DNA of 64,000 nucleotides, taken from positions 15,902 to 79,901 of the forward strand of contig CAVSLU010000019.1 of the NCBI GenBank assembly GCA_963728645.1. Direction: 5' to 3'. The notes under the pieces are model-generated. The model saw only the letters and a program-made list of their open reading frames with translations. It made no database searches and was not told where the DNA came from. Positions 44,417 through 55,265 of this stretch are shown here, one piece after another (within the stretch, counting starts at the first letter, position 1; each line of letters opens with the position of its first letter). Source of the DNA: an uncultured Alphaproteobacteria bacterium (GTDB lineage: Bacteria; Pseudomonadota; Alphaproteobacteria; Rhodobacterales; Rhodobacteraceae). The position numbers and the translations under genes are program-made.

Positions 44417-45481
44417 TTGCGTGAGACCGATGAAACCAACGCCCTGCCGCGCCTTTTGCTGGAGTGGTACGATGTGCATGCCCGCGCGATGCCGTGGCGG
44501 GTGGCTCCGACCGAAAGGAAGGCGGGGGTACGCCCCGATCCCTATCGGATCTGGCTCAGCGAGGTGATGCTGCAACAGACCACCGTCGCCACCGTGCGCG
44601 ACTATTTCCAACGGTTCACGGCACGCTGGCCCACGGTGGCAGATCTGGCGGCGGCCGAGGATGCCGATGTCATGGGCGAATGGGCCGGTCTTGGATACTA
44701 TGCACGCGCGCGCAATCTGCTGAAATGCGCGCGCGTCGTTGTGCAGGACCACGGTGCCAAGTTTCCTGCCGATCATGCCACCCTGCTGACGCTGCCGGGC
44801 ATTGGCCCCTATACCGCCGCAGCCGTATCTTCGATCGCGTTTGATAAGCCGTACACCGTGCTTGACGGAAACGTCGAACGCGTGATGGCCCGGCTTTACG
44901 ACATTCACACACCCCTGCCAGCGGCCAAACCCGAATTGATGGCGAAGGCCACGGCGCTGACGCCCAGCGCCCGGCCCGGAGACTATGCGCAAGCGGTGAT
45001 GGACCTTGGCGCGACGATCTGCACACCCAAATCCCCCGCTTGCGGTATTTGCCCGTGGCGCGACCCATGTGCCGCACGCATCGCCGGTACCGCCGCCACA
45101 CTGCCCCGCAAGACGCCCAAGAAAGCAAAGCCCATCCGTCACGGCACTGTGTATCTGGCGCAACGATCTGACGGCGCATGGCTGTTGGAAACAAGGCCTG
45201 ACAGCGGATTGCTGGGCGGTATGCTGGGATGGCCCGGATCAGACTGGATCGACGTGACCCATGACCGCCCCACCGGAACGCCACCGATCCGCGCTGAATG
45301 GACCCCCCTGAACGGTGAAGTGCGCCACACTTTCACGCACTTTCACCTGATGTTAACGGTGTTCCACGCAAGGTTGCCCCCTGACGCAACGCCCGAAACA
45401 GGACGGTTTCTGCCCCCCGATCAATTCCGCCCCTCTGACCTGCCCACGGTGATGCGCAAGGCGTTTGATCTGGCCCGCTAG
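44417..45481 (+). CDS. mutY: A/G-specific adenine glycosylase
   Basis: WLSEVMLQQT, GLGYYARARN, LPGIGPYTA, Fe-S motif CTPKSPACGICPWRDPC, HTFTHF. Confidence 0.95.
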   Translation: MRETDETNALPRLLLEWYDVHARAMPWRVAPTERKAGVRPDPYRIWLSEVMLQQTTVATVRDYFQRFTARWPTVADLAAAEDADVMGEWAGLGYYARARNLLKCARVVVQDHGAKFPADHATLLTLPGIGPYTAAAVSSIAFDKPYTVLDGNVERVMARLYDIHTPLPAAKPELMAKATALTPSARPGDYAQAVMDLGATICTPKSPACGICPWRDPCAARIAGTAATLPRKTPKKAKPIRHGTVYLAQRSDGAWLLETRPDSGLLGGMLGWPGSDWIDVTHDRPTGTPPIRAEWTPLNGEVRHTFTHFHLMLTVFHARLPPDATPETGRFLPPDQFRPSDLPTVMRKAFDLAR

Positions 45482-45552
45482 CGGCACCGCGTCACAGTTC
45501 CAGCAGCCGAAAAACTAAGCTATAGATCAGCCAGCAAACTCAAAGGTCCCCG

Positions 45553-46704
45553 ATGATCCCCCAAAGCCCCACAATCAGCACCGACCAGTTGTCGCAGCTC
45601 AAGCGTGCTCTGCCTTTTGCCATGTCCTTTGCGCTGATCCCGCTGGCTTGGATCACGGCGCTGGTCGGCGGCTGGACGGTTGTCTTGCTGCCTGTCGTGA
45701 CGTGGTATCTCTTTTCGATCATCGACGGCGTCGTGGGCCTGAATGTTGACAATGCCGATACCGATGCCACCGACGACGATCTGTATTGGTACCGCATGAT
45801 CACCCTGGCGTGGATGCCACTTCAGTTTCTGACCCTGTTCGGCCTGTTGTGGTATGTTCCTCAGGCGGGGCATCTGGGCATTCTGGAAAAGGTTCTTGTG
45901 TTTTTTGGTGTGGGCGTCATGACCGGCACCGTTGGCATCAATTATTCTCACGAACTGATGCATCAAAAAAGCAAGCTTGAACGTCTGTGGGCTGACCTGC
46001 TTCTGGCGATGGTGCTGTATTCACACTTCCGGTCGGAACATATGCTGGTGCATCACCGCTATGTCGCAACTCCCCGCGATCCGGTAACCGCACATTACAA
46101 CGAAGGGTTCCACCGCTTCTACCCTCGCGTCTTGCGCCAATCCCTAAGATCCAGCTTTCGCGCGGAAAAGGCGATGCTGGCGCGCAAGGACCGGCCCTGG
46201 ACCGATGCGAGCAATCCCTTTTTCAAATACTGGGCCCTTCAGGCCGGTTTTTTGGTGTTGGCGGCGATCGTCGGCGGATGGGCGGGCATTGGCCTGTTTC
46301 TGGTACAAGCGGGTACGGCCATATGGCAGCTTGAGCTGGTGAACTATATCGAACACTACGGCCTGACACGCAAACATCTGGGCGACGGCAAATATGAACA
46401 TGTTCAGCCGCGCCATTCGTGGAACGCATCACACCGCGCGTCGAATTGGCTGCTGATCAACCTGCAACGCCATTCCGATCACCACTACAAGCCCGACCGT
46501 CGTTTTCCCGTGCTACAAACCCACGGACAAGACGCGGCGCCCCAGCTTCCCTATGGGTATCCCATCATGACGATGGCGGCGATGATGCCCTGGGTCTGGC
46601 GGCGCGTGATGAACCCGCGCGTGCGCAAATGGCGGGATATGTACTACCCCGAGATCACGGATTGGACGCCCTACAACAAGGGAACAACACCCTACCCCAA
46701 ATAA
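45553..46704 (+). CDS. alkB: Alkane 1-monooxygenase (non-heme di-iron)
   Basis: HELMHQ, EHMLVHH, NYIEHYG and LQRHSDHH boxes. Confidence 0.93.
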   Translation: MIPQSPTISTDQLSQLKRALPFAMSFALIPLAWITALVGGWTVVLLPVVTWYLFSIIDGVVGLNVDNADTDATDDDLYWYRMITLAWMPLQFLTLFGLLWYVPQAGHLGILEKVLVFFGVGVMTGTVGINYSHELMHQKSKLERLWADLLLAMVLYSHFRSEHMLVHHRYVATPRDPVTAHYNEGFHRFYPRVLRQSLRSSFRAEKAMLARKDRPWTDASNPFFKYWALQAGFLVLAAIVGGWAGIGLFLVQAGTAIWQLELVNYIEHYGLTRKHLGDGKYEHVQPRHSWNASHRASNWLLINLQRHSDHHYKPDRRFPVLQTHGQDAAPQLPYGYPIMTMAAMMPWVWRRVMNPRVRKWRDMYYPEITDWTPYNKGTTPYPK

Positions 46705-46729
46705 CCGTCTCTCACTGAAACCATGATTG

Positions 46730-46757
46730 AAAAAGACCCCGCCAAAAAGGCGAGGCC
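46730..46757 (-). terminator. Rho-independent terminator downstream of ccrM
   Basis: Minus strand GGCCTCGCC-TTTTT-GGCGGGGTC-TTTTT. Confidence 0.7.
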
Positions 46758-46846
46758 AAGGTGAGTGCCCTTTTGGCGTGCCTTCACGGGGAAGGACGCA
46801 GGGCACCGGCGGTGTTCGTAAAACGGTAAAGGAATTCAGGCGTGGC

Positions 46847-48046
<1,200 letters not shown>

Positions 48047-48050
48047 TTAG

Positions 48051-48668
48051 TTATTTATCTTGATACAACATGTTGTGTACCGGCTTGAACAATCGTCTAT
48101 GGTGAGGGGTGACCCCAAGATTTTGAAGCGCCTCTATGTGGCTTTTTGATCCGTATCCCATGTTGGTTTCCCAACCATAACCGGGATGCTGTTGCGCCAA
48201 GGACAACATGACACAATCCCGACATATTTTGGCCATAATTGAGGCAGCCGAAATCGATTGCGACCGGGCATCCCCCTTGATGATCGTCTTCGAAGCAATG
48301 GCCAGATCACGCGGGACCATGTTGCCATCGATCAGGGCGTAATCCGCAGGCTGCCGCAGGCCCGCCAACGCACGCATCATCGCCAGATGGCTGGCCCTCA
48401 AGATATTCAGTTCTTCGATCTCAGCGACGGACGCATGGCCTATGCTGACATCGGCCACGGCCATGATCTCGTCATAGAGCCGCTCTCTCGCCCGCTTGGT
48501 CAGCTTTTTTGAATCATTCAGGCCCTCGGGAATTCGGCCAGGGTCCAGAATAACAGCAGCGGCCGTAACGGGGCCCGCGAGTGGCCCGCGGCCCACCTCG
48601 TCAACGCCCGCGACACGCAAATATCCCTGGCCATAAGCGAACCGCTCGAATTCAAAATCTGGTCCCAT
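48051..48668 (-). CDS. rnhB: Ribonuclease HII
   Basis: AGVDEVGRGPLAGPV, LNDSKKL, IDGN, KGDA.S.SISAASIMAK. Confidence 0.95.
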   Translation of the reverse strand: MGPDFEFERFAYGQGYLRVAGVDEVGRGPLAGPVTAAAVILDPGRIPEGLNDSKKLTKRARERLYDEIMAVADVSIGHASVAEIEELNILRASHLAMMRALAGLRQPADYALIDGNMVPRDLAIASKTIIKGDARSQSISAASIMAKICRDCVMLSLAQQHPGYGWETNMGYGSKSHIEALQNLGVTPHHRRLFKPVHNMLYQDK

Positions 48669-48711
48669 GCGCCTCCCAAACCCCAGTCGACGAAAAACCG
48701 CAAGCCCCGTC

Positions 48712-48745
48712 TCTTCTCTGGCTCTTAAATATCCTCGCCGAAGGC
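48712..48745 (+). repeat. Intergenic repeat (family B, short form)
   Basis: TCTTCTCTGGCTCTTAAATATCCTCGCCGAAGGC; resembles the 5' part of 62272-62305 and 50530. Confidence 0.5.
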
Positions 48746-48764
48746 GCCCCCGGCATACCCGGAT

Positions 48765-48798
48765 AAAAAGAAGGGAGAGATGCCCGAACATCTCTCCC
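48765..48798 (-). terminator. Rho-independent terminator
   Basis: GGGAGAGATG..CATCTCTCCC hairpin with an A tract on the left (U tract on the minus strand). Confidence 0.75.
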
Positions 48799-48845
48799 CT
48801 CCCAGCCGCACGGCGCATGCGCCGCCCGGTTTCAGCCCACGGTGA

Positions 48846-49364
48846 TTAACCGCGCGCCAAACTGTATCCCGCGCCGCGCAGGCAACGGGCGTCATAACCG
48901 AACCGGTTTCCCTGACGGGTCCGGATCTGCTGTGCGCAATGCTGCGGCAGACTGTTGGCATGACGGTAATTTCTTTGCAGACAGCGGCTGCCGAACATCA
49001 GCACCGACCCGCGCCTGGTATCAAAGCTTTGAAAGCATTGCTTGGGCAACAGCTTGACGTTGCGATGCCCCTCGCCGCCATATCCGCGCGGCAACGGCCG
49101 TGGCCGCACCTGATGGCGCTGCACAGGGCGCGGCGCACGGTAAACCGGCGCAGGCTGCACATGCTGACGGGACACGATTCGATCACGTTCGTCATCTCGC
49201 TTGTTGCTGTCGTGGATGATCTTGCCAATTATCGCGACGCCCAAAACGCCAGCGGCGATGCGCGCAAGGTCGCGGTTACGATCCCCAGCGGCAGCAGAGG
49301 TTGCACTGATCGCGGTAATCGCGATCGCAGCTGCGGCAATTGTTGCTATAAATCTGCGGTACAT
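48846..49364 (-). CDS. Exported hypothetical protein (signal peptide, glycine-zipper-like helix, 4-Cys C-terminal domain)
   Basis: MYRRFIATIAAAAIA.. signal; IAAGVLGVAIIG; LPKQC..RCL..HC..RCL; has its own terminator. Confidence 0.75.
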   Translation of the reverse strand: MYRRFIATIAAAAIAITAISATSAAAGDRNRDLARIAAGVLGVAIIGKIIHDSNKRDDERDRIVSRQHVQPAPVYRAPRPVQRHQVRPRPLPRGYGGEGHRNVKLLPKQCFQSFDTRRGSVLMFGSRCLQRNYRHANSLPQHCAQQIRTRQGNRFGYDARCLRGAGYSLARG

Positions 49365-49555
49365 GGGTCTGATCCTTTTTCCTGAAGGGGGCACGGACCC
49401 TAGGGGACCCATGCAAACCAATTCGTTCTGGCTGTGGGATCAACATGGCCCGCTCCCCTTCAGACAGGCAATAACACCCCTTTGTTATCCGATAGCAGTC
49501 TGGCTAACCCCCAATGGATATTGAATATCCGCCGACAAAGGCGCAGTCTGAAAAC

Positions 49556-49849
49556 ATGAAACACATCCTCTTTGCCTCATTCATCGCAGCCGCCCTTGGC
49601 CTTGCTGCCTTGCCCGCTCAGGCGGCGGGCTGCTATGCCGATTACAAGGCGAAACAGGAAAACCCGCTGCGCCTGCATTACGGCGTTGCGGCAATTTCGG
49701 GCGCGTGCGACAGGGCCGCAGTCAGCGCAGAACTGTCGCAACGTCTTGCGGCAAACGGCTGGACCCTTCTTACAATTGTCTCCGTCTTCGGCGATGACGG
49801 ACTGAACCAAAGGAGAGACAGTGCCGGATCGTTCTTCCTCCGCTTCTGA
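49556..49849 (+). CDS. Small exported hypothetical protein
   Basis: Signal peptide ending AQA-A; CYADYKAK..LRLHYG..C; overlaps the next gene. Confidence 0.75.
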   Translation: MKHILFASFIAAALGLAALPAQAAGCYADYKAKQENPLRLHYGVAAISGACDRAAVSAELSQRLAANGWTLLTIVSVFGDDGLNQRRDSAGSFFLRF

Positions 49850-50525
49850 CATGCGCCGCGCGGGTGGCCGCTTTGTCGGCGGCGGTATTGCCGCGGTTGC
49901 GGCGATCTTGCTGGTCGGGGCCGGGTTGTTGCTGTGGGCGCTGCCCAACGCGAACGCGTTCAACACACAAGTAGAACGCATATTCGTTGAGAACGATGAT
50001 CTGACCACCCAAGCCGAGATCAAGCTGCTCGAAATTCTTGCCCAATCCGGCACGGCATTTTCGGAAACACTGTCCAGCTACCGCGTGGTTATTATCGTGC
50101 TGCTGGTGTTCGCTACGGCAATGCTGGTGGCTGCACTGGTCTTCCTGATCATGCTGGTCAGCTTCAACCGGCGCATGGCCCAGATCGAACGGGTCGGCAT
50201 CCAGGTCAACTCGCTGCTGATCAGCCGCGAAGAGAACACCGTCTATCTCAACAACCTCGGCTTCAAACTGACCGCCGCCGCGATGGAGACAATGTCGATC
50301 CTCGCCGAAGCGCGGATGGATGATGACGTCCTGTCCGGCTCCGAAATCGAAGGCATGATATCGGGTCGCAACGCCTCTGATTGCGACGAGGCAGCCGGGG
50401 CCACCCGCATCAAACGTCTGCGCGATACACTTGGCAATCAGATCGTATCCGAGCTGCTGGTCAAGAACATCGCCCGGCGCGGCTATATGCTGGCGATCGA
50501 CAAAGACGTGATCAAGGTCATCTGA
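49821..50525 (+). CDS. Membrane-anchored protein with C-terminal OmpR-type winged-helix domain
   Basis: Two hydrophobic segments, then FKLT.AAMETMSILA...IKRLRDTLG..LVKNIARRGYML (Trans_reg_C-like). Confidence 0.75.
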   Translation: MPDRSSSASDMRRAGGRFVGGGIAAVAAILLVGAGLLLWALPNANAFNTQVERIFVENDDLTTQAEIKLLEILAQSGTAFSETLSSYRVVIIVLLVFATAMLVAALVFLIMLVSFNRRMAQIERVGIQVNSLLISREENTVYLNNLGFKLTAAAMETMSILAEARMDDDVLSGSEIEGMISGRNASDCDEAAGATRIKRLRDTLGNQIVSELLVKNIARRGYMLAIDKDVIKVI

Positions 50526-50529
50526 CCAC

Positions 50530-50589
50530 TTCATTTTGCAAGAAAAACTCCGGGGGGGCCGCGTTTGCGCGGCGGGGGCAGCGCCCCCA
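50530..50589 (+). repeat. Intergenic repeat (family B) just after a stop codon
   Basis: TTCATTTTGCAAGAAAAACTCCGGGGGGG..GGGGGCAGCGCCCCC; same architecture as 6531-6583. Confidence 0.65.
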
Positions 50590-50664
50590 CTGGACAGCGC
50601 CCGATCCCTGCCCCTAGGGTGCGCCAGATCACAGCACCGAACACCGCAACAAGGACGACAAAAA

Positions 50665-51441
50665 ATGCCAGCCCCCCACAATCCCTTCAAACAGGCCCTC
50701 AAAGACGGCAAGACGGTCTTTGGCTGCTGGCTTGGTCTTGCCGACACTTTTAGCGCCGAAGTGATGGGGACTGCGGGCTTTGACTGGCTGCTGATAGACG
50801 GAGAGCATGCCCCGAATGATCTGCGCTCGATCCTTGCGCAGCTTCAGGTGCTGGAAGCCTCGCACAGTCACGCGGTCGTGCGGGTGCCCATCGGGGAAAC
50901 CTATCTTATCAAGCAAGTGCTGGACGCCGGTGCGCAAACGGTTCTGGTCCCGATGGTAGACAGCGCCGACCAAGCCCGCCAGCTGGTGCGCGATGTCAAC
51001 TATCCGCCGCAAGGCATGCGCGGCGTCGGATATGCGCTGACACGCGCCGCGCGTTTTTCGCAAACCTCGGATTACGGCACCACCGCGAATGACCAGATTT
51101 GCCTGCTTGTGCAGGTCGAAAGCGTCAAAGGGCTGGAAAACCTTGACGAAATCCTGACCGTCGACGGCATCGACGGGGTGTTTATCGGCCCGGCCGACCT
51201 TGCAGCCGACATGGGCCAGATGGGCAATGCGCAGCATCCCGACGTTCAGGACGCAATCATGGGTGCACTTTCGAAAATCGCCGCCTCCGGCAAGTCTGCC
51301 GGCATCCTGTCCACTCAAGACGAGATGACGCACGCCGCGATCAAGGCGGGCGCACGTTTCGTGGCCGTAGGGGCGGATATCCTTATTCTAAGCCACACAG
51401 CCCAGGCGCTCGCCCGCAAATGGCATGATACGCTTTCATGA
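50665..51441 (+). CDS. HpcH/HpaI-family aldolase
   Basis: GFDWLLIDGEHAPND, LDAGAQTVLVPMV, YPPQGMRG, VFIGPADL. Confidence 0.92.
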   Translation: MPAPHNPFKQALKDGKTVFGCWLGLADTFSAEVMGTAGFDWLLIDGEHAPNDLRSILAQLQVLEASHSHAVVRVPIGETYLIKQVLDAGAQTVLVPMVDSADQARQLVRDVNYPPQGMRGVGYALTRAARFSQTSDYGTTANDQICLLVQVESVKGLENLDEILTVDGIDGVFIGPADLAADMGQMGNAQHPDVQDAIMGALSKIAASGKSAGILSTQDEMTHAAIKAGARFVAVGADILILSHTAQALARKWHDTLS

Positions 51442-52613
51442 CGCGTGGCATCGCCCTGCTGGGCCTTGCCTATGTGCTCAGCCAGTTCTTCCGCGCCTTT
51501 CTGGCCGTGCTCAGCCCCGCTTTGCGGGCAGACATCGGGGCGACCCCCGAAGACCTCGCATTTGCCTCGGGACTTTGGTTCTTTGCCTTTGCTGCGATGC
51601 AACTTCCCGTTGGCTGGGCGCTTGATACGGTCGGCCCCCGGCGTACGGCTGCGGTGTTGCTTCTGATCGGCGGCGGCGGCGGGGCTGCGATCTTTGCGCT
51701 TGCTACCTCCGCCGTCCATATCGACGTCGCAATGATCCTGATCGGCATCGGCTGCGCACCCGTTTTGATGGCCGCTTACTATATCTTCGCCCGCGAATAT
51801 CCGCCCGCCCGCTTTGTCGTGCTGGCGTCTGTGATGGTGGGTGTGGGCACCTCCGGCAACCTTGTCGCGTCCTATCCGATGGCCATCGCCGCCGAGACGA
51901 TCGGCTGGCGCGCGTCGCTTTGGGGGCTTTGCGCCCTTACCAGCCTGACCGCGCTTGGCATATGGGCCGTGGTCCGCGACCCGGCCACCCCAAGCGGAGA
52001 GACGCGAGGCAGCCTGTTTGCCGTGTTCAAAATCAAGCCTCTCTGGTTCATCTTTCCGATCATGGGCGTCAGCTATGCCCAGGTCGGTGCGTTGCGCGGC
52101 CTGTGGATCGGCCCCTATCTGGAAGATGTCTTTGCCGCCGAGGCGCACCAGATCGGGCTTGCGACCCTTTTGATGGGCACCGCGATGGTAGTGGGCACCT
52201 TTGCCTATGGTCCGCTGGATCGGCTGCTCGGGACCACAAAATGGGTGGTGATCGGCGGTACGGTGATCAACCTTGCGGCCTTGGTCGGGCTTGTCGCGTA
52301 CCCCGACAGCGGCATCTTGCTGTCGACACTCTTGATGGCGGCAATCGGATTTTTCGGCGCGACCTATGCGATTATCATCAGCCACGGGCGCAGCTTCCTG
52401 CCGCCACATCTGATCGGACGCGGCATGACGCTGCTTAATCTTTGCAGCATCGGCGGTGTCAGTGTCGCGCAGTTCCTGTCGGCCCGCGCCTATGCGGCAA
52501 GCCAACCGGCCTATACGCTGCAGGCCCCCTATGTCGCGATATTTACGCTGTTTGCCACGCTGATGGCGGCGGGCCTGTGCGTCTATCTCTTCTCCCGCGA
52601 CACCGGGCAATAA
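51438..52613 (+). CDS. MFS transporter
   Basis: About 12 hydrophobic segments; GWALDTVGPRR motif A; GPLDRLLG. Confidence 0.88.
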   Translation: MTRGIALLGLAYVLSQFFRAFLAVLSPALRADIGATPEDLAFASGLWFFAFAAMQLPVGWALDTVGPRRTAAVLLLIGGGGGAAIFALATSAVHIDVAMILIGIGCAPVLMAAYYIFAREYPPARFVVLASVMVGVGTSGNLVASYPMAIAAETIGWRASLWGLCALTSLTALGIWAVVRDPATPSGETRGSLFAVFKIKPLWFIFPIMGVSYAQVGALRGLWIGPYLEDVFAAEAHQIGLATLLMGTAMVVGTFAYGPLDRLLGTTKWVVIGGTVINLAALVGLVAYPDSGILLSTLLMAAIGFFGATYAIIISHGRSFLPPHLIGRGMTLLNLCSIGGVSVAQFLSARAYAASQPAYTLQAPYVAIFTLFATLMAAGLCVYLFSRDTGQ

Positions 52614-52688
52614 TCAACACCCCCTTTCCCCGCCCGAACAAGCGGTATAAGAGGCGGCACCATCACATTTTAGTATTGGAGTTTTCAG

Positions 52689-53711
52689 ATGGGTTATCGC
52701 GTCGTCGTCGCGGGTGCCACAGGTAACGTGGGCCGTGAAATGCTGAATATTCTGGCCGAGCGCCAGTTTCCCGTGGACGAGATCGTGGCGCTTGCCTCGC
52801 GCAAGTCCCTTGGGACAGAGGTCAGCTTTGGTGACAAGACGCTCAAGACGAAAGACCTTGATACGTTCGATTTCACGGGCTGGGACATGGCACTGTTTGC
52901 CGTAGGGTCAGAGGCGACCAAGAAATACGCCCCCAAGGCCGCAAAGTCCGGGTGCGTGGTGATCGACAATTCGTCGCTCTATCGCTACGACGCCGATGTG
53001 CCGCTGATTGTTCCAGAGGTCAATCCACAGGCGATACACGGCTATTCCAAGAAAAACATCATCGCCAACCCGAACTGTTCGACCGCGCAGATGGTTGTTG
53101 CGCTCAAGCCTCTGCACGACCGCGCCACGATCAAGCGGGTCGTCGTATCGACCTATCAATCTGTATCCGGCGCAGGCAAGGACGGCATGGACGAGCTGTG
53201 GGATCAAACAAAATCGATCTACAACCCGACGGATAGCAAGCCGGCCAAGAAGTTCACCAAGCAGATCGCCTTTAATGTAATCCCGCATATCGATGTGTTC
53301 ATGGACAGCGGTGATACAAAGGAAGAATGGAAGATGGTCGTCGAGACGAAAAAGATCGTCGATCCGAAAATCAAGGTCACTGCCACCTGCGTACGCGTGC
53401 CGGTCTTTGTTGGCCACGCCGAATCGATCAACATCGAATTCGAAGATCACCTTGACGAGAACGAGGCCCGCGACATCCTGCGCGAAGCCCCAGGTATCAT
53501 GGTGATCGACAAGCGCGAAGACGGTGGATACGTGACCCCCGTCGAGTGTGCTGGTGATTTCGCCACCTTTATCAGCCGGATTCGTCAGGACAGCACCATC
53601 GACAACGGCATCAACCTGTGGTGCGTCAGTGACAACCTGCGCAAGGGCGCTGCGTTGAACGCGGTACAGATCGCGGAATTGCTGGGGCGTGAAGTGCTGA
53701 AAAAGGGCTGA
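52689..53711 (+). CDS. asd: Aspartate-semialdehyde dehydrogenase
   Basis: GATGNVG, IANPNCST, TYQSVSGAG, TCVRVPV, DNLRKGAALNAVQIAE. Confidence 0.96.
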   Translation: MGYRVVVAGATGNVGREMLNILAERQFPVDEIVALASRKSLGTEVSFGDKTLKTKDLDTFDFTGWDMALFAVGSEATKKYAPKAAKSGCVVIDNSSLYRYDADVPLIVPEVNPQAIHGYSKKNIIANPNCSTAQMVVALKPLHDRATIKRVVVSTYQSVSGAGKDGMDELWDQTKSIYNPTDSKPAKKFTKQIAFNVIPHIDVFMDSGDTKEEWKMVVETKKIVDPKIKVTATCVRVPVFVGHAESINIEFEDHLDENEARDILREAPGIMVIDKREDGGYVTPVECAGDFATFISRIRQDSTIDNGINLWCVSDNLRKGAALNAVQIAELLGREVLKKG

Positions 53712-53736
53712 GCGCTTGTCACATGCTGATGTTCAG

Positions 53737-53762
53737 GGGGTCGCGCATGTCGCGGCCCCTTT
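53737..53762 (+). terminator. Probable terminator after asd
   Basis: GGGGTCGCG-CATGT-CGCGGCCCC-TTT. Confidence 0.6.
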
Positions 53763-53768
53763 GGCGTT

Positions 53769-54389
53769 TCAGCCCGCGCGCGATCTTATTTCCGAAGTCC
53801 CCTGTTCGGCCCAGTCATCATTTGCAAAATCAAACCACAGCCCGCCTTGCCTGTACTCTCCCTTGATCAAATGCCCTGGGTTCTGAACCTCTGGATAGTC
53901 GGCGGCCCAATCGCGAAATCTGTCATTCGAGATAATGACTCCGCCCCTCTCGCGTGCGGCATCCAAGATATAGGGATCGGCGGGCCTGCCTGACGGGACA
54001 ACCATCACATCTTTCTGCGGGAGCCCAAGCAGCTTGCTGATTGCCTTGTCGTCCCGATAGGCGCCTGCGAAAAGATGCCCGGCATTGGCGTCAAACATCA
54101 CACCTATTGTGAAACCAGACGCCACCAGATGTCGCACAACCTCTTGCACCGGTTCGATCCTTGGCGTGCCATCGCGCCAATACATCACGTTTGATCCGTC
54201 CACCACTACCACACGGGCCGGCTGATCGCCACGCCCCAGCAAGCGCACCTTGGATTCGCGGAACAATAAAATAATGCTCGCTACCGCACAGGGGCCAGCA
54301 AGCAAGATAAAATCGCCGAGGTCGGGCCGGGAAACCGACGCGGCGACGCCCACAAGGGACGCGAGAACCAAAATCGCTGTTACAATCAT
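53769..54389 (-). CDS. Membrane-anchored NYN/PIN-domain (Zc3h12a-like) ribonuclease
   Basis: Two N-terminal hydrophobic segments; VVVDGSNV, FDAN, PADPYIL, IISNDRFRDW acidic motifs. Confidence 0.78.
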   Translation of the reverse strand: MIVTAILVLASLVGVAASVSRPDLGDFILLAGPCAVASIILLFRESKVRLLGRGDQPARVVVVDGSNVMYWRDGTPRIEPVQEVVRHLVASGFTIGVMFDANAGHLFAGAYRDDKAISKLLGLPQKDVMVVPSGRPADPYILDAARERGGVIISNDRFRDWAADYPEVQNPGHLIKGEYRQGGLWFDFANDDWAEQGTSEIRSRAG

Positions 54390-54468
54390 GACAAGAAAGA
54401 AAGCACTGCCTGCGATTCCCGGCAAGACCTATATCGCTCAAATTTTTCACAATCGCGGGCAGCCCCCG

Positions 54469-55119
54469 TCAAACCGGCATGAAAGCCTCTTTGTCGGCGC
54501 TGTAGCATTCAAGGCCGCCCTCACCGATATCAGTCCACAGACCATGCAGCGTCAACTCTCCGGCACGAACCTTGTCGACGATCCACGGAAAGGTCATCAA
54601 ATTCTCGAGCGATGTCATAACCGAATGCTTTTCAAGCTGGCGTACCTGTTCGGCCGGATCGTCAAGATCAGCAACCAGATCATATTTCGGGCGCAGGATG
54701 TCCATCCAACGGCCTACAAAGCTGTCCTTGGCGTCCAATTCCGGTGCGCGGCCCTGGCACATATCGATGCAGCCCTGCACACCGCCGCAGCTGGAATGCC
54801 CCAAAACGATCAGATGCGCGACCTTCAGCACCTGCACCGCATACTCCACCGCAGCCGATGTCCCGTGCTGTTCCCCGTCGGGTAAATAGGGCGGTACGAG
54901 ATTCGCGATATTGCGGTGAATAAAGAACTCACCCTGATCCGCCCCGAAAATCGAAGTGACGTGAACCCGGCTGTCACAGCAAGAGATTACCATCGCACGG
55001 GGGTGCTGACCGTCATTCGCCAAACGCCGATACCAAGCCTGGTTTTCGGTGTAAGTCGTTGCTTTCCAACCATGATATCGTTGAACCAGATAGGCTGGCA
55101 GTGGTTTCGCCTTGTCCAT
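54469..55119 (-). CDS. Beta-class carbonic anhydrase
   Basis: SCCDSRV, HRNIAN, LGHSSCGG. Confidence 0.93.
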   Translation of the reverse strand: MDKAKPLPAYLVQRYHGWKATTYTENQAWYRRLANDGQHPRAMVISCCDSRVHVTSIFGADQGEFFIHRNIANLVPPYLPDGEQHGTSAAVEYAVQVLKVAHLIVLGHSSCGGVQGCIDMCQGRAPELDAKDSFVGRWMDILRPKYDLVADLDDPAEQVRQLEKHSVMTSLENLMTFPWIVDKVRAGELTLHGLWTDIGEGGLECYSADKEAFMPV

Positions 55120-55265
55120 ACGCGGTGCGCCCCTTTTTTGCAGTCCGTTCCGGATAGCCTGAATTCTTATCACATTCGAGCAAAAAGGCGTTTGGCCTTC
55201 AATCATTTGAAAATCTCTTTGACTGATATCTGCTGCCTAGTCGTGGGGACAAAGAGGGTGAGAAA

